Below, one piece after another: positions 11,340 through 20,802 of a stretch of 64,000 nucleotides of DNA. Every line of letters begins with the position of its first letter. Position 1 is the first letter of the stretch. Under the pieces are notes generated by a model. The model worked only from the letters and a program-made list of their open reading frames with translations, was not told the origin of the DNA and made no database searches. A program made the translations under genes and the position numbers. The stretch is taken from the NCBI GenBank assembly GCA_019058295.1, contig JAHPZI010000008.1, forward strand, positions 1-64,000, written 5' to 3'. This DNA comes from Promethearchaeota archaeon (GTDB taxonomy: Archaea; Asgardarchaeota; Lokiarchaeia; Sigyniarchaeales; SOKP01).

Positions 11340-11558
11340 TTGTCATCATCAATTTTAGAAAAAGATGAATTAACAACTAGTAAATTTATAGATTTTGATA
11401 AATATGAAAAAATAATTTATAATAACCTTTACTTGGATGAATTTAAGATCGTAATTAAAATGCCTTGTGTGGGCGGGAAAAAGAAAATCAATCAAAATAT
11501 TATCAAAATCGAAAAATTTGATCTTGGAAGATACGATTATCTATTCTCTTACGATTAG
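11340..11558 (+). CDS. Small hypothetical protein with a long structured leader
   Basis: TTG start after SD GAGGTG; TATA-like GATATAAATA at 11171. Confidence 0.55.
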   Translation: MSSSILEKDELTTSKFIDFDKYEKIIYNNLYLDEFKIVIKMPCVGGKKKINQNIIKIEKFDLGRYDYLFSYD

Positions 11559-11751
11559 GTCATATTAGTTTAATTTTTCGTACTTTATGGAACTAATATA
11601 CATTAAATTAGTTTTGAGATTCTATTTTTTTAAAGGTTTCATTCCAACACGAAAAACATAAATAGGTCCTATCCTCTAATAACACCAGATCTTTTACAGA
11701 TCTTATCATTCCGCAATTCTTACATTTTCGCTTCATATTATGAAAATAAAT

Positions 11752-12678
11752 TTATATCCATTTTGCCTTAAGAGGCTTGCGTGCCGGGATTCTATAATAA
11801 TTTGCTTTAGGGTATCCTATAGCTAACGTATATCCGACAACGTGCTTTATCGGTATCCTTACAATCTTAGAAACTGATCTGTATATATTAAAAAAAGCAG
11901 TTATATACCCCAACGAACAAGTTCCTAACCCTAATGTCTCTGCTGCTAGCATTATTTGCCCTGCTGCCAATGTACAATTTTCTATTAATGTTGCTGAGTC
12001 TCTCGGAGAATGAATTACAATAAGCTCGGCATCCCAACGCCATACTTCTTTTCCTTGACTAATTCGGATCAACTTCCGCTTAAAAGATGGAATTAGTTCT
12101 TCAGCTTTTTGAATCAGATCTTCAGAAAAAACGGATTTTAACGATTCTCTACCCTGAGGATCTTCAAACTTTTCTATAAGATTTTTTGTTTGTTTTGTAC
12201 ACTCCTCCGAAAGTTTAGTAAGGATTTCACGATTTTGGACTATTGTAAAATATACATTTTCCTCATTATGTCCGGTAGCAGAATATCGACCAGCAGTATC
12301 TAAGATTTTCTCGATTATATCTTTTGGAACGGGTGTTTTTTTAAACTGTCTTCTTGATCTCCTGGTTTGAAAAAGGTTTACCAAAGAATTAAACGATGGT
12401 AAATCCTCTTTTGTGGGGATCTCCTTAAGCGTCTTTCCTATATGAGTCTTTAAAGTTATAGCGTTAACTGGACAAACTGCAACACATTTTCCACATTCTT
12501 CACAAACTTCTTCGAATTCTTCATCCAATTTCAAATTCTCGTTATCAATCTGATAATAATGGCATTCATTAACGCACGCTTTACACTTGGTGCAGGCATC
12601 AATATCTATAATTATTTTTGAATTTTCTAACATTAATAACCAGTCTTTATTTCTATTTAAATTATAATTCTCATCCAA
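11752..12678 (-). CDS. Ferredoxin (2x4Fe-4S)-nitroreductase fusion; true start probably ATG at ~12633
   Basis: CTKCKACVNEC and CEECGKCVAVCP; RRSRRQF; LAAETLGLGTC. Confidence 0.9.
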   Translation of the reverse strand: MDENYNLNRNKDWLLMLENSKIIIDIDACTKCKACVNECHYYQIDNENLKLDEEFEEVCEECGKCVAVCPVNAITLKTHIGKTLKEIPTKEDLPSFNSLVNLFQTRRSRRQFKKTPVPKDIIEKILDTAGRYSATGHNEENVYFTIVQNREILTKLSEECTKQTKNLIEKFEDPQGRESLKSVFSEDLIQKAEELIPSFKRKLIRISQGKEVWRWDAELIVIHSPRDSATLIENCTLAAGQIMLAAETLGLGTCSLGYITAFFNIYRSVSKIVRIPIKHVVGYTLAIGYPKANYYRIPARKPLKAKWI

Positions 12679-13239
12679 ATAATTTAAACTTTCTATAAAT
12701 TTCTTAAAATTCTTTTTATAATAAAAATTTTAACTAAAAAGAGGAAAAGGAATCAAAATTCGAATGAAAAATGAAATAGTAAGAGTAAATTAAACTTTTT
12801 GAGTTTAATAGAGGGCGAAATCCAATGTTATCATTCGAATTTTTTTTATGATTCCTTCCTAATTATTATAATTTCATTAGGTCTTTTTAAATTTATAGTT
12901 AATAAATTATATAATTCATTATGGATAACCCACATTGAAAGATCTTTACATAAATGAACAATTTTGATGATTAATAATTTAAAAACGTTTTATTAATACA
13001 TCTTTTTTGTATAAGAACTTGTATAATATATTCTACAATAGATAATAACTAAAATACTCTAAAATAGTCAAATAACCTACTCTGAGTAGTATTTTTATAC
13101 ATTGAAAGTAAATGAATAATTTAATTTAAAAATTAAAAGCAAATCAACACATATCTTTAATATTTTATCAAAGAAAGATATATATTTCTCGATTTTTTTA
13201 ATAAATTTAGTTATACCTAAATTATAATGGGTGTAAAAA

Positions 13240-13593
13240 ATGACTGAAATTGAAAAAAAAGATGATGTAAAAGATATAGAAAAAGTTGAAGATGAGCCAA
13301 GAAAAGTAGTGCTTTCTCCTGAGATGTGTTCATGGACTAACGATGAGGATACTGGATATGAATTTGAAATTATCTTGCCTGGTGTTGAAAAAGATACTAT
13401 TAAATTAAAAATGGGTGAGGATACACTATTCGTTATCGGTGAAACAGATACAGTTAGATATGTAGGTAGTTATACATTGTGTTGTCCAGTAGATTCTGAA
13501 AAAGCAACAAGTTCTTATAAAAATGGCTTATTAAAAATACATGTGCCATTCAAGGAGATAGAATTCCACACCGTAGATGTAAAAATTAAATAA
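13240..13593 (+). CDS. Small heat shock protein (Hsp20/alpha-crystallin)
   Basis: ILPGVEKDTIKL...ATSSYKNGLLKIHVP. Confidence 0.85.
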   Translation: MTEIEKKDDVKDIEKVEDEPRKVVLSPEMCSWTNDEDTGYEFEIILPGVEKDTIKLKMGEDTLFVIGETDTVRYVGSYTLCCPVDSEKATSSYKNGLLKIHVPFKEIEFHTVDVKIK

Positions 13594-13746
13594 ATTTTTT
13601 TTTCCTATTTTATTTTTTTAAAAGTATTAGAAAAAAATTAACTTGATAAAATATATAAATTTTGATTAACGCTTATTTTTTTGTAAGATTAAATTAAAAT
13701 AATTTTTTAGAGTTTTATTTAATTTGGGAAAGGAAATAGTAAAAAA

Positions 13747-14424
13747 ATGGCAAATGAAATTCTAAATGAGTTGAATCCCGAATCCTTTCGGGAAGAATTT
13801 ATAAAGTATACAATTCAAGCATTTAAAATGCTTCCAAAACTGGATAAGCCGCGTATCATTGATATTGGTTGTGGTTCAGGGTTACCGACTTTAGAATTAG
13901 CACGGCTAAGTAATGGGGAAATAATTGGAATAGATATTGATCAAAACGCTCTAGATGAGTTAAATGAAAAAGCTAGAAAAAAAGGCTTATCTGACCGAGT
14001 ATGGACAAAGAATTGTTCAATGCTTGAATTAAATTTTCCGGACGAAAGTTTTGACGTTATATGGGCGGAAGGTGCCATAGCTCCTATTGGGTTTAAAAAA
14101 GCATTAAAGGAATGGGGGAGAATGCTAAAAATTGATGGTTTCATGGTGTTCCACGATGACTTGAGAGATAAAGCAAGTAAAATTGAAATTATTTCTGAAT
14201 ATGGTTATGAGCTCGTGAATCATTTCCAATTACCTGATGATGCATGGTGGGTGGAATATTATGAACCCTTGGAAGAACGAATTAAGGAGTTGCGCAGCAA
14301 GCATGACGATGATCCGAAAGTGCTTGAGGCATTTAAAAGTTATCAAAATGAAATTAACGCTTATAAAAAGAATCCTAGGGAGTTCCGTTCAATTTTTTAT
14401 ATCATGCAAAAAATAAAATCTTAA
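13747..14424 (+). CDS. Class I SAM-dependent methyltransferase
   Basis: IIDIGCGSG, GIDID, SFDVIWAEGA. Confidence 0.9.
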   Translation: MANEILNELNPESFREEFIKYTIQAFKMLPKLDKPRIIDIGCGSGLPTLELARLSNGEIIGIDIDQNALDELNEKARKKGLSDRVWTKNCSMLELNFPDESFDVIWAEGAIAPIGFKKALKEWGRMLKIDGFMVFHDDLRDKASKIEIISEYGYELVNHFQLPDDAWWVEYYEPLEERIKELRSKHDDDPKVLEAFKSYQNEINAYKKNPREFRSIFYIMQKIKS

Positions 14425-14453
14425 AATTAGTCTATATTGGTTTTTTTAAAATA

Positions 14454-15071
14454 TTATTTTTCATTTCTTATTTTATTATAGAAATCAAGAATTATTTGTT
14501 GTCGATCTTTAGCTAATTTTTTTGAAACATCTAAATACATTTGGTCCTTTAGTTTCATGATCTTATTTTCTAAATGCTCTATTACTTGGTCAATTCCACC
14601 TTTTTTTTTCACCGTATAACCAATAGTTCGATACAATCCTATTGCTCCTATTGCATCTAATTTATCAGCATCCGATAAAATTTTTGCTTCAATGGTCTTC
14701 GGGTTTGTTTTATTGGAAAAAGAATGCGCTTTGATGCAATGAATTATATTATCAATATTCTCTTGAGATATTTTAAAATTATTTGATTTTAAAAAATTCA
14801 ATGCCATTTGAGAGGAAATTTCAGCGTGATTCATATTATATGAGTTTTCTTTTTCTTTAATTCTACCAATATCGTGAAGTAATGCAGATATTTTTAATAC
14901 TAAGATATTTGCTTCTAATTTGTTTCCAAGTTTAATACAAGTATTATAGACACGCTCTACATGTAGAAATCCATGAATATCATCTTTTTCTGAATTTCTT
15001 AACGCAAATTTTCTAATTTTTGAAATGATTGCGCTTTCTGACATAAATATTAAATCTTTTTTATTTACCAA
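14454..15071 (-). CDS. HD-domain phosphohydrolase
   Basis: HGFLHVERV, ALLHDIGR, SDADKLDAIGAIG. Confidence 0.9.
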   Translation of the reverse strand: MVNKKDLIFMSESAIISKIRKFALRNSEKDDIHGFLHVERVYNTCIKLGNKLEANILVLKISALLHDIGRIKEKENSYNMNHAEISSQMALNFLKSNNFKISQENIDNIIHCIKAHSFSNKTNPKTIEAKILSDADKLDAIGAIGLYRTIGYTVKKKGGIDQVIEHLENKIMKLKDQMYLDVSKKLAKDRQQIILDFYNKIRNEK

Positions 15072-15144
15072 TTGTATATATAAATTATATATTAACTTTT
15101 AAATCTGGAAATTTATCCTTTAATAAAAAAGAGGAGTTTTAATA

Positions 15145-15291
15145 ATGTTGTCGAAAGTCGAAGCTGATATTGGAGGATACTATTTATATATGATAATAGG
15201 AGCAATTGGTTTAATTGCGATTGGAACCTATGTTATAATAAAGATTTTATTATATTTAAGAAAAAAAGCGAAATCAAAATCCACAGAATAA
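15145..15291 (+). CDS. 48-aa single-TM microprotein (not in ORF track), Loki-CTERM-like
   Basis: SD GAGGAG; MLSKVEADIGGYYLYMIIGAIGLIAIGTYVIIKILLYLRKKAKSKSTE* = GY motif + hydrophobic helix + basic tail. Confidence 0.65.
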   Translation: MLSKVEADIGGYYLYMIIGAIGLIAIGTYVIIKILLYLRKKAKSKSTE

Positions 15292-15327
15292 ACCAACTTA
15301 TTATACTGTTATTTCAATAACTATCAT

Positions 15328-16281
15328 TTATAAAACAGTATTAAACTCGTTGTACATATAATCAATATTACTGTTCTTCTTATTAAACGCAACTTTTAAA
15401 AAATATGCTGTTCCATGCGCTAAACTTTCAGCTAAAAAAAGAACAACAATAATATTTACATCATTTTCTTGGATTATGGGGATAATAGCTTCCCATTTCT
15501 TAAAAAACCTATATTTTTTAACGAGATTTTTAGCTTTTTCATAGAAAATCATTTCTTTAGAACCATTTTTAATTTCAGTCTCAATTAATTTAACCCTTTT
15601 TGATTGAAATTGAAACTTTCTAGTTACTTTAAACGATTCAGAAATTTCAGTTGAATGGTGTTCGTAAATGGTGTACACGAAAGGAAAAATACCAGGAATA
15701 AATTGCGAATTTTCTGGTAATCGTGAACTCACCCAGAATTTTGTAAGGATTTTATAGATAAAATATATCAAATATAAAAGTGAGAAGAATATCCAAAGAT
15801 AGGGGTTTAAGTATAATCTTGGCCAGAAAAATAATAAAATAAAATAAAAAACAAGAACAATTGCCGAAATAAACATTAATAATGGGTTGACCGCTCGATC
15901 TACAGATAACCGATACTCTTTCTTTGAAAGAGGATAAAATAGAGGAATTTTTGAGGTTGTGAATAAATCCAAAGTTACATGTAAACTATAAAAGAGGCAC
16001 CCGATAATATATACTAATAAAAATGATTTTCTGGTTATTATACAAAAAATACTACTTGTAATCGCTGAAATAATTAATCCAATTATATATGAATGAGAAC
16101 CTGCTCGATGTGATAAATAATATCTTCTTTTTTGTTTTGTTTTTACTAGGGGTATCAAAAAGATATCAAAATCAGGAAACATTGCCATAATTGCTGCGTA
16201 AAAAAAGAGCTCTCTTCCTAAAGTATTCATTGTTAAAGCGCTAATTAAAAATCCTAAAAAAAAATGAGAGAAAAAATCCAT
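15328..16281 (-). CDS. Membrane-bound metal-dependent hydrolase (YdjM-like)
   Basis: MDFFSH, PDFD, HRAGSHS, HVTLD, PLFYPLS motifs. Confidence 0.85.
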   Translation of the reverse strand: MDFFSHFFLGFLISALTMNTLGRELFFYAAIMAMFPDFDIFLIPLVKTKQKRRYYLSHRAGSHSYIIGLIISAITSSIFCIITRKSFLLVYIIGCLFYSLHVTLDLFTTSKIPLFYPLSKKEYRLSVDRAVNPLLMFISAIVLVFYFILLFFWPRLYLNPYLWIFFSLLYLIYFIYKILTKFWVSSRLPENSQFIPGIFPFVYTIYEHHSTEISESFKVTRKFQFQSKRVKLIETEIKNGSKEMIFYEKAKNLVKKYRFFKKWEAIIPIIQENDVNIIVVLFLAESLAHGTAYFLKVAFNKKNSNIDYMYNEFNTVL

Positions 16282-16431
16282 TTACATTCGTTTTAATAAA
16301 TATGATGAGGTTTTTTAAATTTAGAATAACTTTTTTTTATGTATATATTGAAGAGTGAAAAAGAAAGAATTAATATTAATCTTATTTAATATCTCTTAAG
16401 TAATTTCCATAAGGAAAGTTTGTGATTTTTA

Positions 16432-17949
16432 TTGAAAGTATTTGTTCTATATTATTTTGATCCAATTATTGGACCAAGGGTTTTTTTAAAGGCACCAGAA
16501 TCCGCTCGAGATAAGGAATTAGAAGTTATTGCTTCGATGATGGATGTTTATGAAAAAAAATTTTTCATCCATATTAGTGGTAGAATTAAAAGTGCGAATT
16601 TGATCTTCGAAATTGAAAATCCTACTTCTCGAGGAGAAAGGGAATTACTTCAAATATCTATTGTTATTGATATAAATAGTGAAATTAATATTAATCTAGC
16701 TCGAGAGCTTCTAGATGCTTTTATGAAGGAGTTTAATGATATTGACCAAGTCTATAAAGCTTTTTATGTTGATTCTGGAAATTTCGAGGGTGCAGCTGAA
16801 AAATTAAATGAAGTTAAGCGCCTTTTTTTTAGTTTTTATAAATCTTTTAAACCAGCAGTCCAAGCCTTACAAATAGCTGAACTTCGTTATAGATCATTAT
16901 TCAAAGCGGCTCGAGATGCGATTTTTATTATTGATAAAAAGTCCTATGAAATAGTGGATGCAAACGAGAGAGCAGAAAAAATTCTACAAAGGTCCCGGAA
17001 AGAAATAATTGGTCTAAATATGTCTGAACTTCATTTTCCTGAAGATTATAAAAATTTTAAAAATCAGATTGAAAAACTTATAGGATTAGAGGATGCTTTA
17101 CCAATCGAAGCTCGAATAAGAAATTCTAAAGGAGAGAGCATTCCAGTAGAGATTAATGCAAATGAGATTATAATCGGTGATCAATATTTCATTCAAATGA
17201 TTCTTAGAGATATTACTGAGCGCAAACTTGCTGAACAAAAACTAATTGAAGCATACGATCGTGCAGAATTTTATAAAGATCTTTTTGCTTATGACATGAA
17301 TAACATACTTAATAACATTAACTCATCATCAGATTTACTTTCTTTAGTTTCTAACGATCCAAAAATAAAAGGAGATAAAAATGAATTGTTACAAGGCATT
17401 AAAGAACAGGCATTGAGAGGATTAAATTTAATTTTATATGTCCAAAAAATACTAGATATTGATGATTCAGATATCTCCATGGAAAAATTAGAAATAAATA
17501 GGGTATTAAATGAAGCTATTACATTTGTAACTAATAATTTTCATGAACGATTATTAAAGATAAAGGTAGAACCCATAGCAGATATGCTCTATGTTAGGGT
17601 AAATGAATTATTATTAACTGCTTTTGAAAGTATTCTAACAAATGCAGCGCAACATAATGACAAACCATTTGTTTCAATTCAAATTAAGATTTTAAAAGAA
17701 AAAAAGGACAATGTAAAATATTTTAAAATAGAATTTTTAGATAATGGAATCGGGATTCCAGACGATAAGAAGGAGAGAATCTTTCAAAAGGGATATAGCG
17801 AAGATGAGAGTTTTAGTGGATTAGGATTAGGTTTGTATTTGGTGAAAAGGATTGTTGAGAGCTTCAATGGGCATATATGGGTAGAAGATAGAATTAAAGG
17901 AGATTACAATAAAGGAAGTAATTTTATCGTATTAATTCCCGAGGCTTGA
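16432..17949 (+). CDS. Longin/uDENN-like + PAS + histidine-kinase-like protein (H-box His replaced by Tyr)
   Basis: N-term YFDPIIGPRV; PAS (DAIFIID...ILRDITERK); KDLFAYDMNN H-box; N box, DNGIGIP, GLGLGLYLV. Confidence 0.85.
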   Translation: MKVFVLYYFDPIIGPRVFLKAPESARDKELEVIASMMDVYEKKFFIHISGRIKSANLIFEIENPTSRGERELLQISIVIDINSEININLARELLDAFMKEFNDIDQVYKAFYVDSGNFEGAAEKLNEVKRLFFSFYKSFKPAVQALQIAELRYRSLFKAARDAIFIIDKKSYEIVDANERAEKILQRSRKEIIGLNMSELHFPEDYKNFKNQIEKLIGLEDALPIEARIRNSKGESIPVEINANEIIIGDQYFIQMILRDITERKLAEQKLIEAYDRAEFYKDLFAYDMNNILNNINSSSDLLSLVSNDPKIKGDKNELLQGIKEQALRGLNLILYVQKILDIDDSDISMEKLEINRVLNEAITFVTNNFHERLLKIKVEPIADMLYVRVNELLLTAFESILTNAAQHNDKPFVSIQIKILKEKKDNVKYFKIEFLDNGIGIPDDKKERIFQKGYSEDESFSGLGLGLYLVKRIVESFNGHIWVEDRIKGDYNKGSNFIVLIPEA

Positions 17950-18153
17950 ATTTTAAAATAAGATTAAACATATCAATTTTTTAATAGGAGGCAGTCCTTT
18001 TGTCAATCTTTCACTAACATTTTTTGAAAGATATCATTCATATTTTTTTGTATTTTTAAAATAATGGGCAAAATATTCATTGTCTTTTCCAAATTTCTTT
18101 CGTAAAATTGTTTTAAATTTTCCAATATCGATTCTTTTTCTCACTTGTTCTCA

Positions 18154-18510
18154 TCAACATCCTGGGTCTGGCTGTAAATCAATAATGCTATCTGGATATA
18201 AGCTAAATTCAATACTATCTCGGATAGGCATAAACTTTCTCATGAGGCCATTCTCATCCGGACCATATGCCATCATACCTACATCATCGTATATCATATT
18301 TTGTTCTGGATTCCAGAATAGATGTAAATAATTATGAATGTAGCCATCGAATATGGGAAATATTGAATCTTCGGGATTTTCCATATCTTGCTTATCAACC
18401 ATCGCTAAAGCATCCACAATATTCGCATCATCATTAATATGGACAATAAATTTCTTATTTTTGGTCAACCCACTCAAATTTATGCTAATAGTGAATGTTA
18501 TTTTTTTTAT
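18154..18510 (-). CDS. Ubiquitin/MoaD-like beta-grasp protein ending in ...PDPGC; probable ATA start at 18510
   Basis: Frame extends upstream as (I/M)KKITFTISINLSG after SD GGAGG; strand-strand-helix pattern ANIVDALAMVD and terminal YPDSIIDLQPDPGC resemble MoaD/Ubl. Confidence 0.55.
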   Translation of the reverse strand: MKKITFTISINLSGLTKNKKFIVHINDDANIVDALAMVDKQDMENPEDSIFPIFDGYIHNYLHLFWNPEQNMIYDDVGMMAYGPDENGLMRKFMPIRDSIEFSLYPDSIIDLQPDPGC

Positions 18511-18548
18511 TTTTCATACCCTCCTTTTTACTATAATTGGAATTTTTT

Positions 18549-19670
18549 TTATATTAGTCCTTTTTCCTTTAAAAGTTTAGGTAATTCTCGTTTTAAAGCA
18601 ACTGAAGTCGTGAATTTCTTTTCTCCATCAATGATAACACAATTACCTCGCAAATTTAAGTTTCTTGCTTCTTCTGAATTTAATGATTTTGTCTCGTATT
18701 CAATGAATTTGATGTAAGGTGTAAGCACAGCGAATATTCTATCCATAAAATTTGACCATTCACAGGCACATGCATTTAAAGGAACATAAATATCTACTAG
18801 CAATTTATCATTTTCTTTACTCTTAATATACTTCGCAACCTTTTTAGTCGCCTCAATTTTCACGCTAACAACAGAATTTGCTAAATCTTTTAATTTTTCA
18901 ACTGGAATATCCATTTGTTTGATAGTTTCCATAACCCTAGGGTTAATAGTTAATACATCTATTGGAAAACTGGTTTGGTCTAATATTCTAATATCCTCAA
19001 ATCCTGCGTTTTTCATTGAGTTTATATAATCCTCTTTTAAAATAGCCCCAGAAACACATCCGATATAAGCTTCGATTGAATTTATTACAAATTCAGGAAG
19101 TTTTTTCAATAATACGATATCAGAAATCATGAGCCGACCTCCCGGTTTAAGCACCCTGTATGCCTCCTCAAAAACTCTTTCCTTACTAGGTACAAGATTG
19201 ATAACACAATTGGAAATAATTAAATCAATAGCTGTATCAGCAACAGGTAAGTTTTCTAATTCTCCTAACCTAAATTCTACATTTTCAAAATTACTATCTT
19301 CTGCGTTTTTTCTTGCAGCTGCGATCATCTCGGGGGTCATATCAACCCCAATAACTCTTCCCGTCTGTCCAACCCTTTGGGCAGCAAGGAACGCATCAAA
19401 ACCAGCTCCAGATCCTAAGTCCAAAACAGTTTCCCCTTCTTTTATTGAAGCTAGGGCAACAGGATTTCCACAGCCAAGACCGAGATTCGCTCCTTCTGGT
19501 ACTGAATTAATTTCCTGTTCTGTATAACCTATATTTTTACTAATATCTTTTATTACTTCGGATTCAGAGCTTCCGCAACAAGAGTTCACTGGTCCACAGC
19601 ATGAAGTACCTGATTGAACTATTTTCGCGTACCCATTTCTTACAATCTTTTTTATATCATCATCTTTCAT
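18549..19670 (-). CDS. arsM: Arsenite S-adenosylmethyltransferase with an extra C-terminal Cys-containing domain
   Basis: SCCG..SCC, GLGCGNP, LDLGSGAGFD, ISNCVINL, GCVSGA; extra ~95 aa containing YVPLNACAC. Confidence 0.93.
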   Translation of the reverse strand: MKDDDIKKIVRNGYAKIVQSGTSCCGPVNSCCGSSESEVIKDISKNIGYTEQEINSVPEGANLGLGCGNPVALASIKEGETVLDLGSGAGFDAFLAAQRVGQTGRVIGVDMTPEMIAAARKNAEDSNFENVEFRLGELENLPVADTAIDLIISNCVINLVPSKERVFEEAYRVLKPGGRLMISDIVLLKKLPEFVINSIEAYIGCVSGAILKEDYINSMKNAGFEDIRILDQTSFPIDVLTINPRVMETIKQMDIPVEKLKDLANSVVSVKIEATKKVAKYIKSKENDKLLVDIYVPLNACACEWSNFMDRIFAVLTPYIKFIEYETKSLNSEEARNLNLRGNCVIIDGEKKFTTSVALKRELPKLLKEKGLI

Positions 19671-20734
19671 TATTTTTCACTCTTCCAAAAACCTTTTTTA
19701 TTTAAATATCTTCCTATATAGACCAATGAAAGCATGATAGGAACCTCCCAGAAAAGCCCCATAGTTGTCCCTAGCGCAGCAATCGAACCAACACCATACA
19801 TTGCAACAGCAACAGCAATAGCAATTTCAAAATGGCTTGATGACCCTATTATAACAGTTATAATTGCGCTTCGATAATTTAATTTTGTTAATTTAGTGAT
19901 AATCATATTAATACTGACAACAATCGCAAATCCTAAAAGAAGCGGGATGCTAACAAGTAATAACAGGTCAGGACGCTGAATAAGAATTTGTCCATTTAAA
20001 GAAAACAAGACCACTAATGTCATTAAAAGCGCTCCGATAGCTATTTTTGAAATTATTGGTCTATATCTATTTTCAAACCAATCCTTTCCTCTAGAATTAA
20101 TTAAAACCTTCTTGCTTACAATCCCAAGTAATAATGGAGCTCCAATAAAAATAAATAAAGAAATCAAAAGAAGAATTGGATCTAAAGGAATGTTTTTCTT
20201 TAATGTTATATTTGCAATAAAAACTAGAAGTGCAACCACAGGAATATATAGGAAAATAATTGTTAATGTATTTACGCTTGTTGTTATTACATTTTGTTCT
20301 TGATTACCTTTTGCCATCCAACCCCATACAAGCACCATAGCAGTACATGGTGAACTAGAAAGCAGAATAATCGCAAAAATTAACTGTGCATCTTTTAAAA
20401 ATAAAAGAGCCATTGTTACACCTATTATTGGAGCTATTATCCAATTAGAAACTAAAGTTAATATTATTGGTTTGGGATTTTTCCCCAGTTTTTTTATTTC
20501 TGCTATTTGCAGATTTAACATCGCTGGATACATCATTAAAAAAAGACAAATTCCAATAGGTATTGAAATCCCTCTAACTTGCCATGAATTTATTGCTTCA
20601 CTTATCCCTGGAATAACTACGGAAAGAAAGATTCCGAGAGCCATACATATTATAATCCAAATTGGAAGATATTTCTCAAAAAAACCAATTTTCCTTCCAA
20701 TATCTTGACTTATTGTATTTTTTACTTCACTCAT
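19670..20734 (-). CDS. acr3: Arsenite efflux transporter ACR3
   Basis: MMYP, NWIIAP, PCTAMVLVW, SSHFEIAIAVA, WEVPIML. Confidence 0.95.
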   Translation of the reverse strand: MSEVKNTISQDIGRKIGFFEKYLPIWIIICMALGIFLSVVIPGISEAINSWQVRGISIPIGICLFLMMYPAMLNLQIAEIKKLGKNPKPIILTLVSNWIIAPIIGVTMALLFLKDAQLIFAIILLSSSPCTAMVLVWGWMAKGNQEQNVITTSVNTLTIIFLYIPVVALLVFIANITLKKNIPLDPILLLISLFIFIGAPLLLGIVSKKVLINSRGKDWFENRYRPIISKIAIGALLMTLVVLFSLNGQILIQRPDLLLLVSIPLLLGFAIVVSINMIITKLTKLNYRSAIITVIIGSSSHFEIAIAVAVAMYGVGSIAALGTTMGLFWEVPIMLSLVYIGRYLNKKGFWKSEK

Positions 20735-20802
20735 TCAAATGACCCTATAGAAAATATTATTAAATTATTATTACTCAATTCAAGATATTAATATTATTTA
20801 CC

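Noticed and set aside
13077-13089. Palindrome CTACTC-T-GAGTAG upstream of the sHSP gene
   Set aside because: Short, and unlike the grpE operator; could arise by chance
18036-18150. In-frame 38-codon continuation after the double TGA of the Ubl gene (EQVRKRIDIGKF...)
   Set aside because: Would require double read-through; no recognisable domain
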